A stretch of 64,000 nucleotides of DNA. Origin: Patescibacteria group bacterium. GTDB lineage: Bacteria > Patescibacteriota > UBA1384 > DATEAH01. Positions 21,301 through 29,636 of this stretch are shown here, piece after piece; within the stretch, counting starts at the first letter, position 1, and each line of letters opens with the position of its first letter. The position numbers were made by a program, and so were the translations under genes. A model generated the notes under the pieces. The model saw only the letters and a list, made by a program, of their open reading frames with translations, was not told where the DNA came from and ran no database searches. The DNA lies in the NCBI GenBank assembly GCA_035288465.1, contig DATEAH010000005.1, positions 3,636-67,635 on the forward strand, written 5' to 3'.

Positions 21301-21735
21301 GTTAACTTCATCGGCGACGAATAAAACCCCGTAAGATCTAATAATTTGATTTACGACGACTCTTTCCACGCCGTTGATAATAAAGGTGCCTCGGTTAGTC
21401 ATTTGTGGAAAATCGCCCAAAAAGACTTCTTGCTCTTTAATCTCGCCGGTCTCTTTATTAACCAGTGATAATTTAACTTTAAGAGGCGCTTTATAAGTTA
21501 AATAATTTTCCCGAGCAAAGATTTCATCAAATTTAGGCTTTTCAAAAAAATAATCCCCAAATCTGAGTTCCATTTTTTCACCAGTAAAGTCAATGACTGG
21601 AGAAATCTCTTCAAAAAGTTCGCCCAAGCCTTGTTTTAAGAACCAATTATACGAATCAAGCTGGATTTCAATCAAATTAGGAAAAGGAAAATTTTCTTTG
21701 GACAAAAACTTTCTGCCGATTTGATTCTGAATCAT
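18382..21735 (-). CDS. rpoB: DNA-directed RNA polymerase subunit beta
   Basis: 1117 aa; typical beta-subunit motifs; directly followed by rpoC. Confidence 0.95.
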   Translation of the reverse strand: MIQNQIGRKFLSKENFPFPNLIEIQLDSYNWFLKQGLGELFEEISPVIDFTGEKMELRFGDYFFEKPKFDEIFARENYLTYKAPLKVKLSLVNKETGEIKEQEVFLGDFPQMTNRGTFIINGVERVVVNQIIRSYGVLFVADEVNGRNLFGAKIIPQRGAWLELETNQKDVISVRIDQKRRLPITTFLRALGYGSDEELKKIFDAAGSDPDHDYFKATLEKDPSKNHQEAVLETYKRIRPGEMATYENAKSLFDSMFFDLKRYDLSKVGRYRLNQRLHQKIAISFENRVLKPEDVAEVTKEVVRLNLTPGSEPDDIDHLSNRRIRSVGELVQDRTRVGLVRLERIVKDRMSVVDPNLATPAMMINARPIIAILQEFFASSQLSQFMNQTNPLAELEHKRCLSAIGPGGLSRERAGFEARDVHSSHYGKICPVETPEGPNIGLVGYMASYARINEYGFIESPYKKIINLLPTKSSKIIGRLAFEKVTDPKTNQVIIEKNQPITQSIQKSLKKIQENIKVRPFISSHLEYLDAAEEEQCTIAPSPYADTEVVDEKNQLIESKMVVRKFGKPDIESIDKIDYIGISPEQIISISAALIPFLEHTDGVRASMGANMERQAVPLIQAASPIVGTGIEEICARDSGQLLIAQEAGTITEVDASKIVVKGSKEEKTYHLINYLRSNQGTCLHQRPAVTLNQKVEKGTVLADSMATDLGELALGQNVVVAYMPWEGANCDDAIVISSKLVEDDVYSSIHIEKYAIEVRDTKLGPEVVTRDIPNVSEETLRNLDEGGVVRIGAEIKAGDILVGKITPKGETELSAEERLLRAIFGEKAKDVRDTSLRLPHGERGKVVDVKIFSKEKGAELSAGVFQMIEVSVAQLRKVSIGDKLAGRYGNKGVISRILPQEDMPFLPDGTPVDVVLNPLGVISRMNIGQIFEAHLGRALQVLGYKIANPVFRSVDETMIRQELKKAGLSENGTTKLYDGRTGELFEHEVTVGAVYIMKLIHLVDDKMHARSIGPYSMVTQQPLGGKAQFGGQRFGEMEVWALEAYGAAYTLQEMLTIKSDDVTGRSKAYEAIIKGDPITQVSIPESFNVLVKELQSLGLSVELLKAGQNTQIKPKG

Positions 21736-21985
21736 TCGACCTCCTCAAAATTTTGACACAAAAAAGACACTATTAAAATAATAGAGTTTAATCTAATTTA
21801 ATTTGTTTCGCAAAAATCTGATGCCAAGTTTAAGCCTTAACCCGCTCCTCAATTTGCCATTCAATAATTTTGATAAAATAAAATGGCAAAAATCGAGGCT
21901 AAATAAATGCTTTGACCACTAAAAACACTAAAGAAAAAGTTCTTTAGCAGAACTGGTCAAATCAATTTTAATTAATTCTATCTTT

Positions 21986-22014
21986 ATCTTAGCATACCGC
22001 TAAATCCTTGTCAA
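21986..22014 (-). promoter_or_regulatory. Candidate promoter for rpoB-rpoC (minus strand: TTGACA-N17-TAAGAT)
   Basis: rc of 22009-22014 = TTGACA; rc of 21986-21991 = TAAGAT; ~250-nt leader to the rpoB ATG, which has a GAGGAGG RBS. Confidence 0.4.
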
Positions 22015-22233
22015 TACCTCCACCTTAAAAAATAATAATTGACAGGTATTGACCCCTCTTAATCGCATCTTGAGCCGTGAACGAATAGTTCTCACCTGCC
22101 CGCCATCAGCTGCACTTCAGGCACTAGCAGGTGGGAAAGGCGAAAGATAAGATTTGTGGGGTCAAGCCCCTAAATTTTATAAAATGGATTTTTCGGGAAT
22201 TTTTTTGGGAAATTTAGCGGTTTTAAATATAAT

Positions 22234-23346
22234 TTAATAAATATAAATGCCATAATTGGTTGGGACGGTGCGATAATTTACTCGACCCCAACCAACATAA
22301 TTCATTTCAGAAATTGTGATCGTGCCACCATGGACTGCCTCAACATAAGCGACATGGCCCCACCTACTTTCACGAGTGGCTAAAATTGCACCCACGGCGG
22401 GAGCATAGCCGGTTCGATAACCATATCTGGAAGCTTGATAGGGCCAAGTTTCGGCATTGCCACGCCACGGTACGTATCTTCTCGAAGCGACATACCAAGT
22501 GCACCAGCCGAACGGAAAACTATTCGGACCACGTTGATTTCGAACCACAATACCGGCAACCTGACCAGACCCAGAACGATTGCTGGCAAGTTTAGTTCGA
22601 GTTGGAGCAGGTTTAGTGCCGCCAATAATAACTAATTTTTGACTGGCAAAGATGGCAGCAGATCCTCCTAAATTATTGGCTTTAATAGTGCCTTGCAAAT
22701 TTCCCTTGTAGGCAGCAACGATCTCGCTTAAGGTTTCTCCCCTTGCCACTGTATGTACGATTCCATCTGTAGGTAAGATGGTTAATTTTTGTCCAGGTTG
22801 AATCGTATCGCCAGATAAATTATTGGCATTTTTAACTGTAATATAGGAAATTCCAAATTTTTGCGCAATTGAGGCTAAGGTATCACCACCTTTGACTATA
22901 TAATAGGTAATACCAGCTCTTTGGGTGGCTGTCGCGGTTTGTATCGCGTTATTGCCTTGCGCGTATGTGGTTTGAATCACGGCTGGGCTAGCCACAAATT
23001 GACTATCATCGGTGATGATGGCATTTTTTAAGACAATTCTTTGAACAATGGCAGTTGGTTTTTGGGCTTTCACGGTTTGCGGAGTATATTTTTGGATTTT
23101 TGAGACTAGCGCGACTAAATCTTCTTCAGAAACTGCCGAAGATTCAGACAAAGCAATGTCAGTGTAATATTCTTCAGTAATAATTTTTGAACCCCGAGCG
23201 CTGATAAAATTGGCGGCAAAAACTATGCCGGCTAAGATAAAAAGGCCTAAATGCCGAGTCACAAAATTGTTAGCAAAATTAATTTGAAAAGTTTGAATTG
23301 GTATTGGGCTAATAATTTGCTTTGGCGTTGATTTATTTTTTGCCAC
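22234..23346 (-). CDS. Membrane-anchored peptidoglycan hydrolase: two LysM domains + C-terminal CHAP (Cys/His amidohydrolase-peptidase) domain
   Basis: LysM-like repeats (YYIVKGGDTLASIAQKFGISYITVKNANNL; HTVARGETLSEIVAAYKGN...). CHAP-like C-terminus (FPFGWCTWYVASRR...WGHVAYVEAV). Start set at GTG (MAKNKSTPKQ... before the TM helix); the ORF track extends to 23547. Confidence 0.65.
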   Translation of the reverse strand: MAKNKSTPKQIISPIPIQTFQINFANNFVTRHLGLFILAGIVFAANFISARGSKIITEEYYTDIALSESSAVSEEDLVALVSKIQKYTPQTVKAQKPTAIVQRIVLKNAIITDDSQFVASPAVIQTTYAQGNNAIQTATATQRAGITYYIVKGGDTLASIAQKFGISYITVKNANNLSGDTIQPGQKLTILPTDGIVHTVARGETLSEIVAAYKGNLQGTIKANNLGGSAAIFASQKLVIIGGTKPAPTRTKLASNRSGSGQVAGIVVRNQRGPNSFPFGWCTWYVASRRYVPWRGNAETWPYQASRYGYRTGYAPAVGAILATRESRWGHVAYVEAVHGGTITISEMNYVGWGRVNYRTVPTNYGIYIY

Positions 23347-23661
23347 AAATCTTTTGACTAATTGATTTGGTCTAAGCTGGTGTAAAATAATTTGAGACAA
23401 ACGGTAAAACCATACTCTTAGGGTATGGTTTATAAAATTCAAAAATAAAAATTTAATTTTACTGAAAATTATCAAATAACTTTGGGTGCGAAGATGTCTT
23501 ATAAGCCTGGACTTTTTAGAGTTCGGCTTTAAAGTAAAAATTGTCACCTCCCAAAACCTAAATTTATGATTCCGAATACAACAAATATTGTATAGGCTTT
23601 AAAAATAATGTCAAGGGTTTTTGGTGTTTTTTTACAAATTTAGGTTTAAAATTTGACAATA

Positions 23662-24714
23662 TCAACTGAAAATTACCAAAAAATGGAGGGTTTTTTTGAG
23701 CTCATCGCGAATTTCAGGATTAAGCTCTTTTTTAAGACGTTTTCGAAGATGTGGGATGGCTTTTGGATTGCGCAAATTGGAAATTGCTAAAATTGCTTGG
23801 AGCTGTAAAGATCGATTGGTACCCTTTAAAAGTTTGAGCAAGAATGGTAATGATTGATCAACTTTAAAGCTATTAAAAGCTAAAACTGCTTCAAATAAAA
23901 TTTCTTCAACCAGCTCTTGAGTTAATAAAAATTTAATTAATTCTAAATCATATTGATTTTTTCTCGCCGCAGCCATTGACCAAATTAGATTTTTTTGGAT
24001 GATTTCTGGTAAGTTATTAAATTCTTCAAGAAGCTTTTTAATTTGTCCATATTTCTCATTTTGGACAAAATAATCTACATATTCATTTAAAATTTCTGGC
24101 TCCAATTGTAAATTAAATTGCTTTTCTAGGAATTCGGCAGCTTCCGCGGGATCAATCTTGGCTAATAATTTGATGATTTTAGACTTAACCTGCAAATTGT
24201 TATCTTCTAAATATAATTTTTCGAGGCTAAAAATGCTAATTTGAGAATGCAATTTTTCTAAAGCATCAAGCGCTGATAATTTTAATTCGTTTTCCAGATG
24301 CCAGAATAAAATAGTTTCCAAAGCCTCAATAATTTCTTTATTCGGCCTCGTTGAAGCTAAAATCGCGATAATTTTCTTTTTAATTTCAAGGTCAATATTA
24401 GAAAAAAGTAAATTAATTAATTCATCAACCACCTCGTCCCCGGCTAACTGTCCTTGAGCGAGCAAGATTTCATTTCGAACATGAAAATTTTTTTCTTCAT
24501 TTTTGAGCTCAGATAATTGTTTATTTAAGGGCAAAAAACCAGATTGTCCAGATTGGCGTAAAAGTTCGATTTTCTGGTTCGGATCATTAATTTTCGAAAA
24601 GGTACTTTTTCTTAGTTTTTTTTGCAAAACCAAACCATCAACATTTTGAGGGGGATTTTTTATTTCAAGATTATTATTTTTAGGATCGGCAAAATCACTA
24701 AAATCAATTTCCAT
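23662..24714 (-). CDS. HEAT/PBS-lyase-type repeat protein
   Basis: Repetitive alpha-helical units, e.g. AIPHLRKRLKKELNPEIRDELKKTL, typical of HEAT repeats. Confidence 0.55.
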   Translation of the reverse strand: MEIDFSDFADPKNNNLEIKNPPQNVDGLVLQKKLRKSTFSKINDPNQKIELLRQSGQSGFLPLNKQLSELKNEEKNFHVRNEILLAQGQLAGDEVVDELINLLFSNIDLEIKKKIIAILASTRPNKEIIEALETILFWHLENELKLSALDALEKLHSQISIFSLEKLYLEDNNLQVKSKIIKLLAKIDPAEAAEFLEKQFNLQLEPEILNEYVDYFVQNEKYGQIKKLLEEFNNLPEIIQKNLIWSMAAARKNQYDLELIKFLLTQELVEEILFEAVLAFNSFKVDQSLPFLLKLLKGTNRSLQLQAILAISNLRNPKAIPHLRKRLKKELNPEIRDELKKTLHFLVIFS

Positions 24715-24722
24715 GCTTACCT

Positions 24723-25937
24723 TTATTTAATATTTACCACGACATTGTTAGGAATATAACTAATAATTGAAACACCGTTGGGAACTGAAATTGAGTCTTT
24801 ACCAATACCAATCATATGGCTTCCAGAAGAACGTCCAGACAAATCCAAATTGATCACGACATTATCGGCTGACAGATTTTGCAATAATCCTGGAGGACCC
24901 GAAACCATCACGATCACATTTTGTGGCGTCATACCCTGAACAGTTACCCCTGAACCTAAACCAGAATAAGAAAATCCGGCGGCAATCTCGCGAGTTTGAG
25001 CAGAAAGCGAAACTTTAACTTTGACAATAATTGTTTCGGTTTCTCCTTCAACCATGACCGCACCCTTGGGTAAGGCCGGGGTAATTTCAAATTCTTTGTC
25101 TTGATTTAAACCGGCGATATTAATCGGTTGTGTTTCGATCCATTCTAATTTTTCGACCACATCCTCATTTCCGGTGACGCGAATAGAGGCTGGCTCAAAA
25201 CTAACATTAGAAATCCAATACCCAGATGCAACCGATCCTGCAAATTTTGGCTTAATTCCGACGACTTTACCGCCACCAGATTTTGCCACACTAATTTTTA
25301 TGGTTACTTTCTCGGGTGAAAAGATGATATTTTTCACTTGTTTATCATATTCATCATAGGCTGACAATTTTACCTTTTGTTCAATATCTCGATCCTGTCC
25401 GGCTAAATTTACAACTGCCGTTGCCTGGGAAACGCTGTCAATGAGGTCCCTGGCTCCTCGAGCTTCAATTTTGACTGGATCAAGCTTGGTTTCCATCACT
25501 TCATAGCCTGCGGCTAATTGGCCTTCAAGCCGAGAAGATACATTTAATTGGGCAGTGACGGCAGTCTCAACACGCACCCTAATTTCCGCTGGATCTAATT
25601 CGACAATTTGCACACCAGGCACAGAACTCGTCACTTTGACCGGCACTTGGTGAGTTCCCAAACTCAAATTCCCCAAATCCACAAAAGCGACAAAATCCTC
25701 CAAAACTAATTTTTTCCAAACCGAGGCGGGAGCAGAAATTTTCACTCGAACTGTATCTTGATCATAAACTGGCGCTAAATTTGGAGCTAAATTTTGAGTT
25801 TCAATATTAATTTCACCTGGAAAATAATCAGTACGATTTTCAACGGTCACCACAAAAAGCCACAATGAAATTGCCAATAACAAACTTAAAAATTTGAGTG
25901 ATAAATTCTTGGTAAAAAACGACTTGATTGAACTCAT
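24723..25937 (-). CDS. cdaR: YbbR-domain protein (CdaR-like regulator of diadenylate cyclase)
   Basis: N-terminal TM helix followed by repeated beta-rich YbbR-like segments; immediately downstream of cdaA as in cdaA-cdaR operons. Confidence 0.7.
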   Translation of the reverse strand: MSSIKSFFTKNLSLKFLSLLLAISLWLFVVTVENRTDYFPGEINIETQNLAPNLAPVYDQDTVRVKISAPASVWKKLVLEDFVAFVDLGNLSLGTHQVPVKVTSSVPGVQIVELDPAEIRVRVETAVTAQLNVSSRLEGQLAAGYEVMETKLDPVKIEARGARDLIDSVSQATAVVNLAGQDRDIEQKVKLSAYDEYDKQVKNIIFSPEKVTIKISVAKSGGGKVVGIKPKFAGSVASGYWISNVSFEPASIRVTGNEDVVEKLEWIETQPINIAGLNQDKEFEITPALPKGAVMVEGETETIIVKVKVSLSAQTREIAAGFSYSGLGSGVTVQGMTPQNVIVMVSGPPGLLQNLSADNVVINLDLSGRSSGSHMIGIGKDSISVPNGVSIISYIPNNVVVNIK

Positions 25938-25948
25938 TTGGGCTTCCG

Positions 25949-26785
25949 TTAATTTAAATGAAATAATTTTTCAATAATTTGTTTAATGTCAGTCATGGTT
26001 AAACTTGATTCTAACTCGCCTTCGAAGGCCACCGAAATTACCCCTCTTTCTTCACTAATCACAATTACTAAAGCGTCGGTATGTCGGGAAAGGGTGCGGG
26101 CCGCACGATGCCTGGCGCCCCATTGCTCTTTTTCCTCGGAAACCGGCAAAACGCAGCCAGCGGCTATTAATTTATTGCCAGATATTAAAACTGCCCCATC
26201 GTGTAGAGGCGAAGGTGGCGTAAAAATACTTAAAATTAATTCCTGCGAAACATCAGCGTTTAAGGTATGACCTGATTTGTTATATTCTGAAAGAGGTATT
26301 TTTCGTTCTAAGGCGATGACAGCTCCTAAATGACGTTGCTGAATGGTTTGTACGGCGGTTAAAATTTCCGATAGAGTTTGGCGAGTAAATTTATGATTAT
26401 TCGCAAAACCAGCGCGACCGAGTTTGTCGAGGGCGGCTCTAATTTCGGGCTGAAAAATAATGGGAATTGCCACCACTAAAATTACTCCTAAGTATTTTAA
26501 AAGCCAGTTTAAGGTGGCTAAATTTAATAAATGGCCAACAATTAGTAATAAAATAATAATGATAATCCCATATAAAACTCGCACCGCTTTAGATTCCATA
26601 ATTTTGGACAAGAACCAGTAAATTATGAAAGCTGTCACTAAAATATCTAAAATAATCCAATAATTACCCTCAATGTGGGTGGTGGCAAAAATTCGAGACG
26701 ACCATTGGGTTAGGCTAAACAATAAGTTTTTTGAGAGTTCAGTTAAGGTATCTCCAAGATTTTGGAGCAAATCCCCTCCTTGCAT
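25949..26785 (-). CDS. cdaA: Diadenylate cyclase CdaA (DAC domain, membrane-anchored)
   Basis: Three N-terminal TM helices followed by a DAC domain with PLHDGAV and GARHRAA motifs. Confidence 0.88.
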   Translation of the reverse strand: MQGGDLLQNLGDTLTELSKNLLFSLTQWSSRIFATTHIEGNYWIILDILVTAFIIYWFLSKIMESKAVRVLYGIIIIILLLIVGHLLNLATLNWLLKYLGVILVVAIPIIFQPEIRAALDKLGRAGFANNHKFTRQTLSEILTAVQTIQQRHLGAVIALERKIPLSEYNKSGHTLNADVSQELILSIFTPPSPLHDGAVLISGNKLIAAGCVLPVSEEKEQWGARHRAARTLSRHTDALVIVISEERGVISVAFEGELESSLTMTDIKQIIEKLFHLN

Positions 26786-26926
26786 TATCCATTAAAAATT
26801 ACTTCTTAAGTTCAAAATTTAGAAATAAATTAATCATACTCAAAATTTGGGTCGAAAAAACTAGACTTAGTTATATTTTACAACTTTGCACAAATTTAGC
26901 AAATCAATATCGTGGATTTGAGATCG

Positions 26927-28906
26927 CTATTTAATTTCGGGCATTTTTTCTTCGATTTCGAAAGCCTTGATCTTATCGCCAACCAGCATTTCAAAATTTG
27001 CCTCTAAACCAATTCCGCACTCATTATTTTTTTCTATCTCTCGCACGTCTTCTTGTTTTATTTTCAAGGAATCAATTTTACCGATACCAACTTGATCTTC
27101 ACCTCGAAAAACCTCGACTTCGGCGCCATTAACTAATTTCCCCTCAGTAATATTGGCACCGATAATTTTCTCGCCTTTGCCATGTTTGAAAACGGCTAAA
27201 ATTTTAGCAGTGCCAATTTCTTTGCGAGTTCGAATTGGACCGATTAATTTGGCTAACATTTTTTTAGCTTCATCAATAAGTTCATAAATTATGGAAAAGG
27301 AAGCAATTTTAATTCTTTTTTCTTGTGCTAATTCTTTGGCAGCTGGCGAGATTAAAGCACGAAAGGCTAAAATAGCCGCGCCAGAAGCATCAGCAGACAT
27401 CACATCTGATTCGGAAACGGCGCCAACCCCAGCCATGATGACAAAAACTTCGCCTTGATCATTTTTAATTTTTTTCACCGCGTCTAAAACTGCTTTTAGG
27501 GAACCGGCCACATCAGCCTTGATAATAACATTTAATTTTTGCACGCCCGGTTTTTGACTCGAAACTGTGTTTGCCATTTGGGCAATCATCCCCTTATACG
27601 ACCGACGCTTGTCTAATTCCAAAAGATATTCTTTGGCGGTTTTTTCGGTCTCAAAAGCGGTCATTTCTTCGCCAAAATCTGGCACGGCGCTAAAGCCATA
27701 AACTCGAACTGGATCAGAAGGCTTCGCTTCGCGAATTTTTTGGCCTAAAAAGTTTTCCATGCTTCGAATTTTACTAATTCTATCCCCGGAAACTACAATA
27801 TCTCTAACTTTTAAAATTCCTTTTTGAATTAATATGGAAGCAGTGGAACCTTTTTGCGGATCTAAATGTGATTCAATCACCACGCCTTTAGCGGTTCCGG
27901 AATAACTGGTTTTTAAACCCTCTAAATCCGTGGAAAGCAAAATCATTTCCAGCAAACCTGATACGCCTTTACCGGTCTTGGCGGAAACTGGAATCATAAT
28001 CGTGGCACCACCCCATTCCTCTGGAGTAAGATTTATTTTGGCTAATTGCTTTTTAACTCTTTCAATGTCTGCTTCGGGTTTATCAGCTTTATTAATAGCC
28101 ACAATAATCGGCACGCCGGCGGCTTTGGTGTGATTAACCGCTTCGATGGTTTGCGGCATCACCCCTTCGTCGGCAGCCACCACTAAAATTGCCATATCAC
28201 AAAGCTTGGTGCCATGTTCACGCATCGCTACAAAAGCTTCATGGCCGGGTGTGTCTAAAAAAGTAATCAAGCGCTTTTTGCCCTCTTTTTTAATTTCAAT
28301 TTGATATGCGCCGATATGCTGAGTAATTCCCCCAGATTCACCACCAACAATATTTGTTTTTCGAATATAATCTAATAAAGATGTTTTGCCATGGTCAATA
28401 TGACCAATAATAGTGACAACTGGTGGTCTGGTTTGCAGGTCTTTGGCGGAAACTTTTTCTTTAACCTCAATTTTTTCTTCCTCAGCCGGCTTAACGCTGT
28501 AACCTAAATCTTCGGCAATAATCGCGGCAGTTTCAAAATCAATATTTTCGTTAATAGTAGCCATGACGCCATTTTTGACTAATTCTTTAATTACCTCAGT
28601 GACTGGTAAATTAAGTCGGGTTGAAAAATCTTTCACGGTGACGATGGGTGGCAAAACAACGGTTTTTGTTTTTAGGTTAGTTTTGGGAGACTTTTTTTCA
28701 TCTCGAGGTGCAATATCTTTAATGCTGGCCGCTTCTGATTTTTCTAAAAATTCTTTTTCTTTATTGATTTTATCAATGACTTCTTCGGCAATTTTATCTT
28801 TTATGGTGCGTGATTTTTTGCCAACTTCATAGCCAAAAACCGAGATTTTCTCTCTAAGTTCTTTGGGGGTAAAATCTAATTTTTTGGCTAAATCAGCAAT
28901 CTTCAT
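26927..28906 (-). CDS. infB: Translation initiation factor IF-2
   Basis: GTPase motifs [17 protein letters not shown]; 659 aa. Confidence 0.93.
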   Translation of the reverse strand: MKIADLAKKLDFTPKELREKISVFGYEVGKKSRTIKDKIAEEVIDKINKEKEFLEKSEAASIKDIAPRDEKKSPKTNLKTKTVVLPPIVTVKDFSTRLNLPVTEVIKELVKNGVMATINENIDFETAAIIAEDLGYSVKPAEEEKIEVKEKVSAKDLQTRPPVVTIIGHIDHGKTSLLDYIRKTNIVGGESGGITQHIGAYQIEIKKEGKKRLITFLDTPGHEAFVAMREHGTKLCDMAILVVAADEGVMPQTIEAVNHTKAAGVPIIVAINKADKPEADIERVKKQLAKINLTPEEWGGATIMIPVSAKTGKGVSGLLEMILLSTDLEGLKTSYSGTAKGVVIESHLDPQKGSTASILIQKGILKVRDIVVSGDRISKIRSMENFLGQKIREAKPSDPVRVYGFSAVPDFGEEMTAFETEKTAKEYLLELDKRRSYKGMIAQMANTVSSQKPGVQKLNVIIKADVAGSLKAVLDAVKKIKNDQGEVFVIMAGVGAVSESDVMSADASGAAILAFRALISPAAKELAQEKRIKIASFSIIYELIDEAKKMLAKLIGPIRTRKEIGTAKILAVFKHGKGEKIIGANITEGKLVNGAEVEVFRGEDQVGIGKIDSLKIKQEDVREIEKNNECGIGLEANFEMLVGDKIKAFEIEEKMPEIK

Positions 28907-29050
28907 AATAATTTAAAGTGTAAAATGTAAATATCAAAGTGGCAGTTTAAAGTGCAAAATTATCTAATTTAAATTTATATTTTAAATTCCTATTTTACAT
29001 TTTGATTTTTAAATTTTGATTTAGCTTTATTATATCACGAACGAAGCAAT

Positions 29051-29098
29051 AAAAAAAGGCGTCACGCAAGATTGGTTTTGTGGGGGGGTAAATCTTGG
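29051..29098 (-). terminator. Possible hairpin terminator downstream of 29120..29515 gene
   Basis: 7-bp inverted repeat caagatt (29067-73) / aatcttg (29091-97) with a G-rich loop; a T-run follows on the minus strand after a 9-nt gap (imperfect). Confidence 0.3.
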
Positions 29099-29119
29099 CA
29101 ACACCAAGGGATGAAAAAA

Positions 29120-29515
29120 TTAATTATTGGAAGTGGGAGCAGGGCTTGGAACAGAAAGTGTTGAATTTGGAGTAATTGGTACTGACATTTCGGGCAATTT
29201 GGAAGTTGGATTAGCGTCAGTTCGAGGTTCTATTAATACTATCCATATTTCCTGAAATACAACAATATTCTTAATCCTATTATCAATAGAAATGGCTTTA
29301 AGATAATCTATAGGATTAAAATATGATAAATTACCGGCTCTTGTAGGTCTTAGAATAATAATTTCATTGGGAACAATAATTTCGTAGGGGTTTCTGCCTT
29401 GAAGTTCTGTATCTGTCGCGACCATATTATGAGGTGCATAAAATAATGCACTCAATATGGCAAATGCCGCTAAAACAATCATAACCATAATAGCTATATC
29501 TTTTGTTGCTGGCAT
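29120..29515 (-). CDS. Small single-pass membrane protein (hypothetical); candidate SOS-type division inhibitor (see findings)
   Basis: 131 aa; N-terminal TM IAIMVMIVLAAFAILSALFY; Pro/Ser/Thr-rich C-terminal tail. Confidence 0.6.
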   Translation of the reverse strand: MPATKDIAIMVMIVLAAFAILSALFYAPHNMVATDTELQGRNPYEIIVPNEIIILRPTRAGNLSYFNPIDYLKAISIDNRIKNIVVFQEIWIVLIEPRTDANPTSKLPEMSVPITPNSTLSVPSPAPTSNN

Positions 29516-29529
29516 CCATCTCGCCTCCC

Positions 29530-29543
29530 AGAACTGATGTTCT
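29530..29543. promoter_or_regulatory. Perfect palindrome AGAAC-TGAT-GTTCT (GAAC-N4-GTTC, Gram-positive-type LexA/Cheo-box core)
   Basis: Lies between the consensus promoter (below) and the GGGAGG RBS of the 131-aa gene, at ~+9 to +22. Confidence 0.35.
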
Positions 29544-29559
29544 GAAAGCGAACAAAAAT

Positions 29560-29588
29560 ATTATATTAAAAAACATTAAAGATGTCAA
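29560..29588 (-). promoter_or_regulatory. Consensus sigma-70 promoter (minus strand: TTGACA-N17-TATAAT) for the 29120..29515 gene
   Basis: rc of 29583-29588 = TTGACA; rc of 29560-29565 = TATAAT; 17-nt spacer. Confidence 0.55.
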
Positions 29589-29636
29589 GGTTTTTGACAA
29601 TTATCGAATTGGTTGAAAATTAAATTGTTTATATAT

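Noticed and set aside
22084-22096. GAACgaataGTTC as a LexA Cheo box upstream of rpoB
   Set aside because: Spacing is N5 rather than N4 and it lies upstream of the predicted promoter; treated only as part of the structured spacer.
21736-22233. tRNA, tmRNA, SRP RNA or rRNA in the long spacers (21.7-22.2 kb, 28.9-29.1 kb, 45.9-46.2 kb, 55.0-55.3 kb)
   Set aside because: No cloverleaf with a T-loop GTTCRANYC, no SRP domain-IV GGAAGCAGC-type motif and no rRNA-like stretches could be recognised by eye. A covariance-model scan would be needed to be sure.
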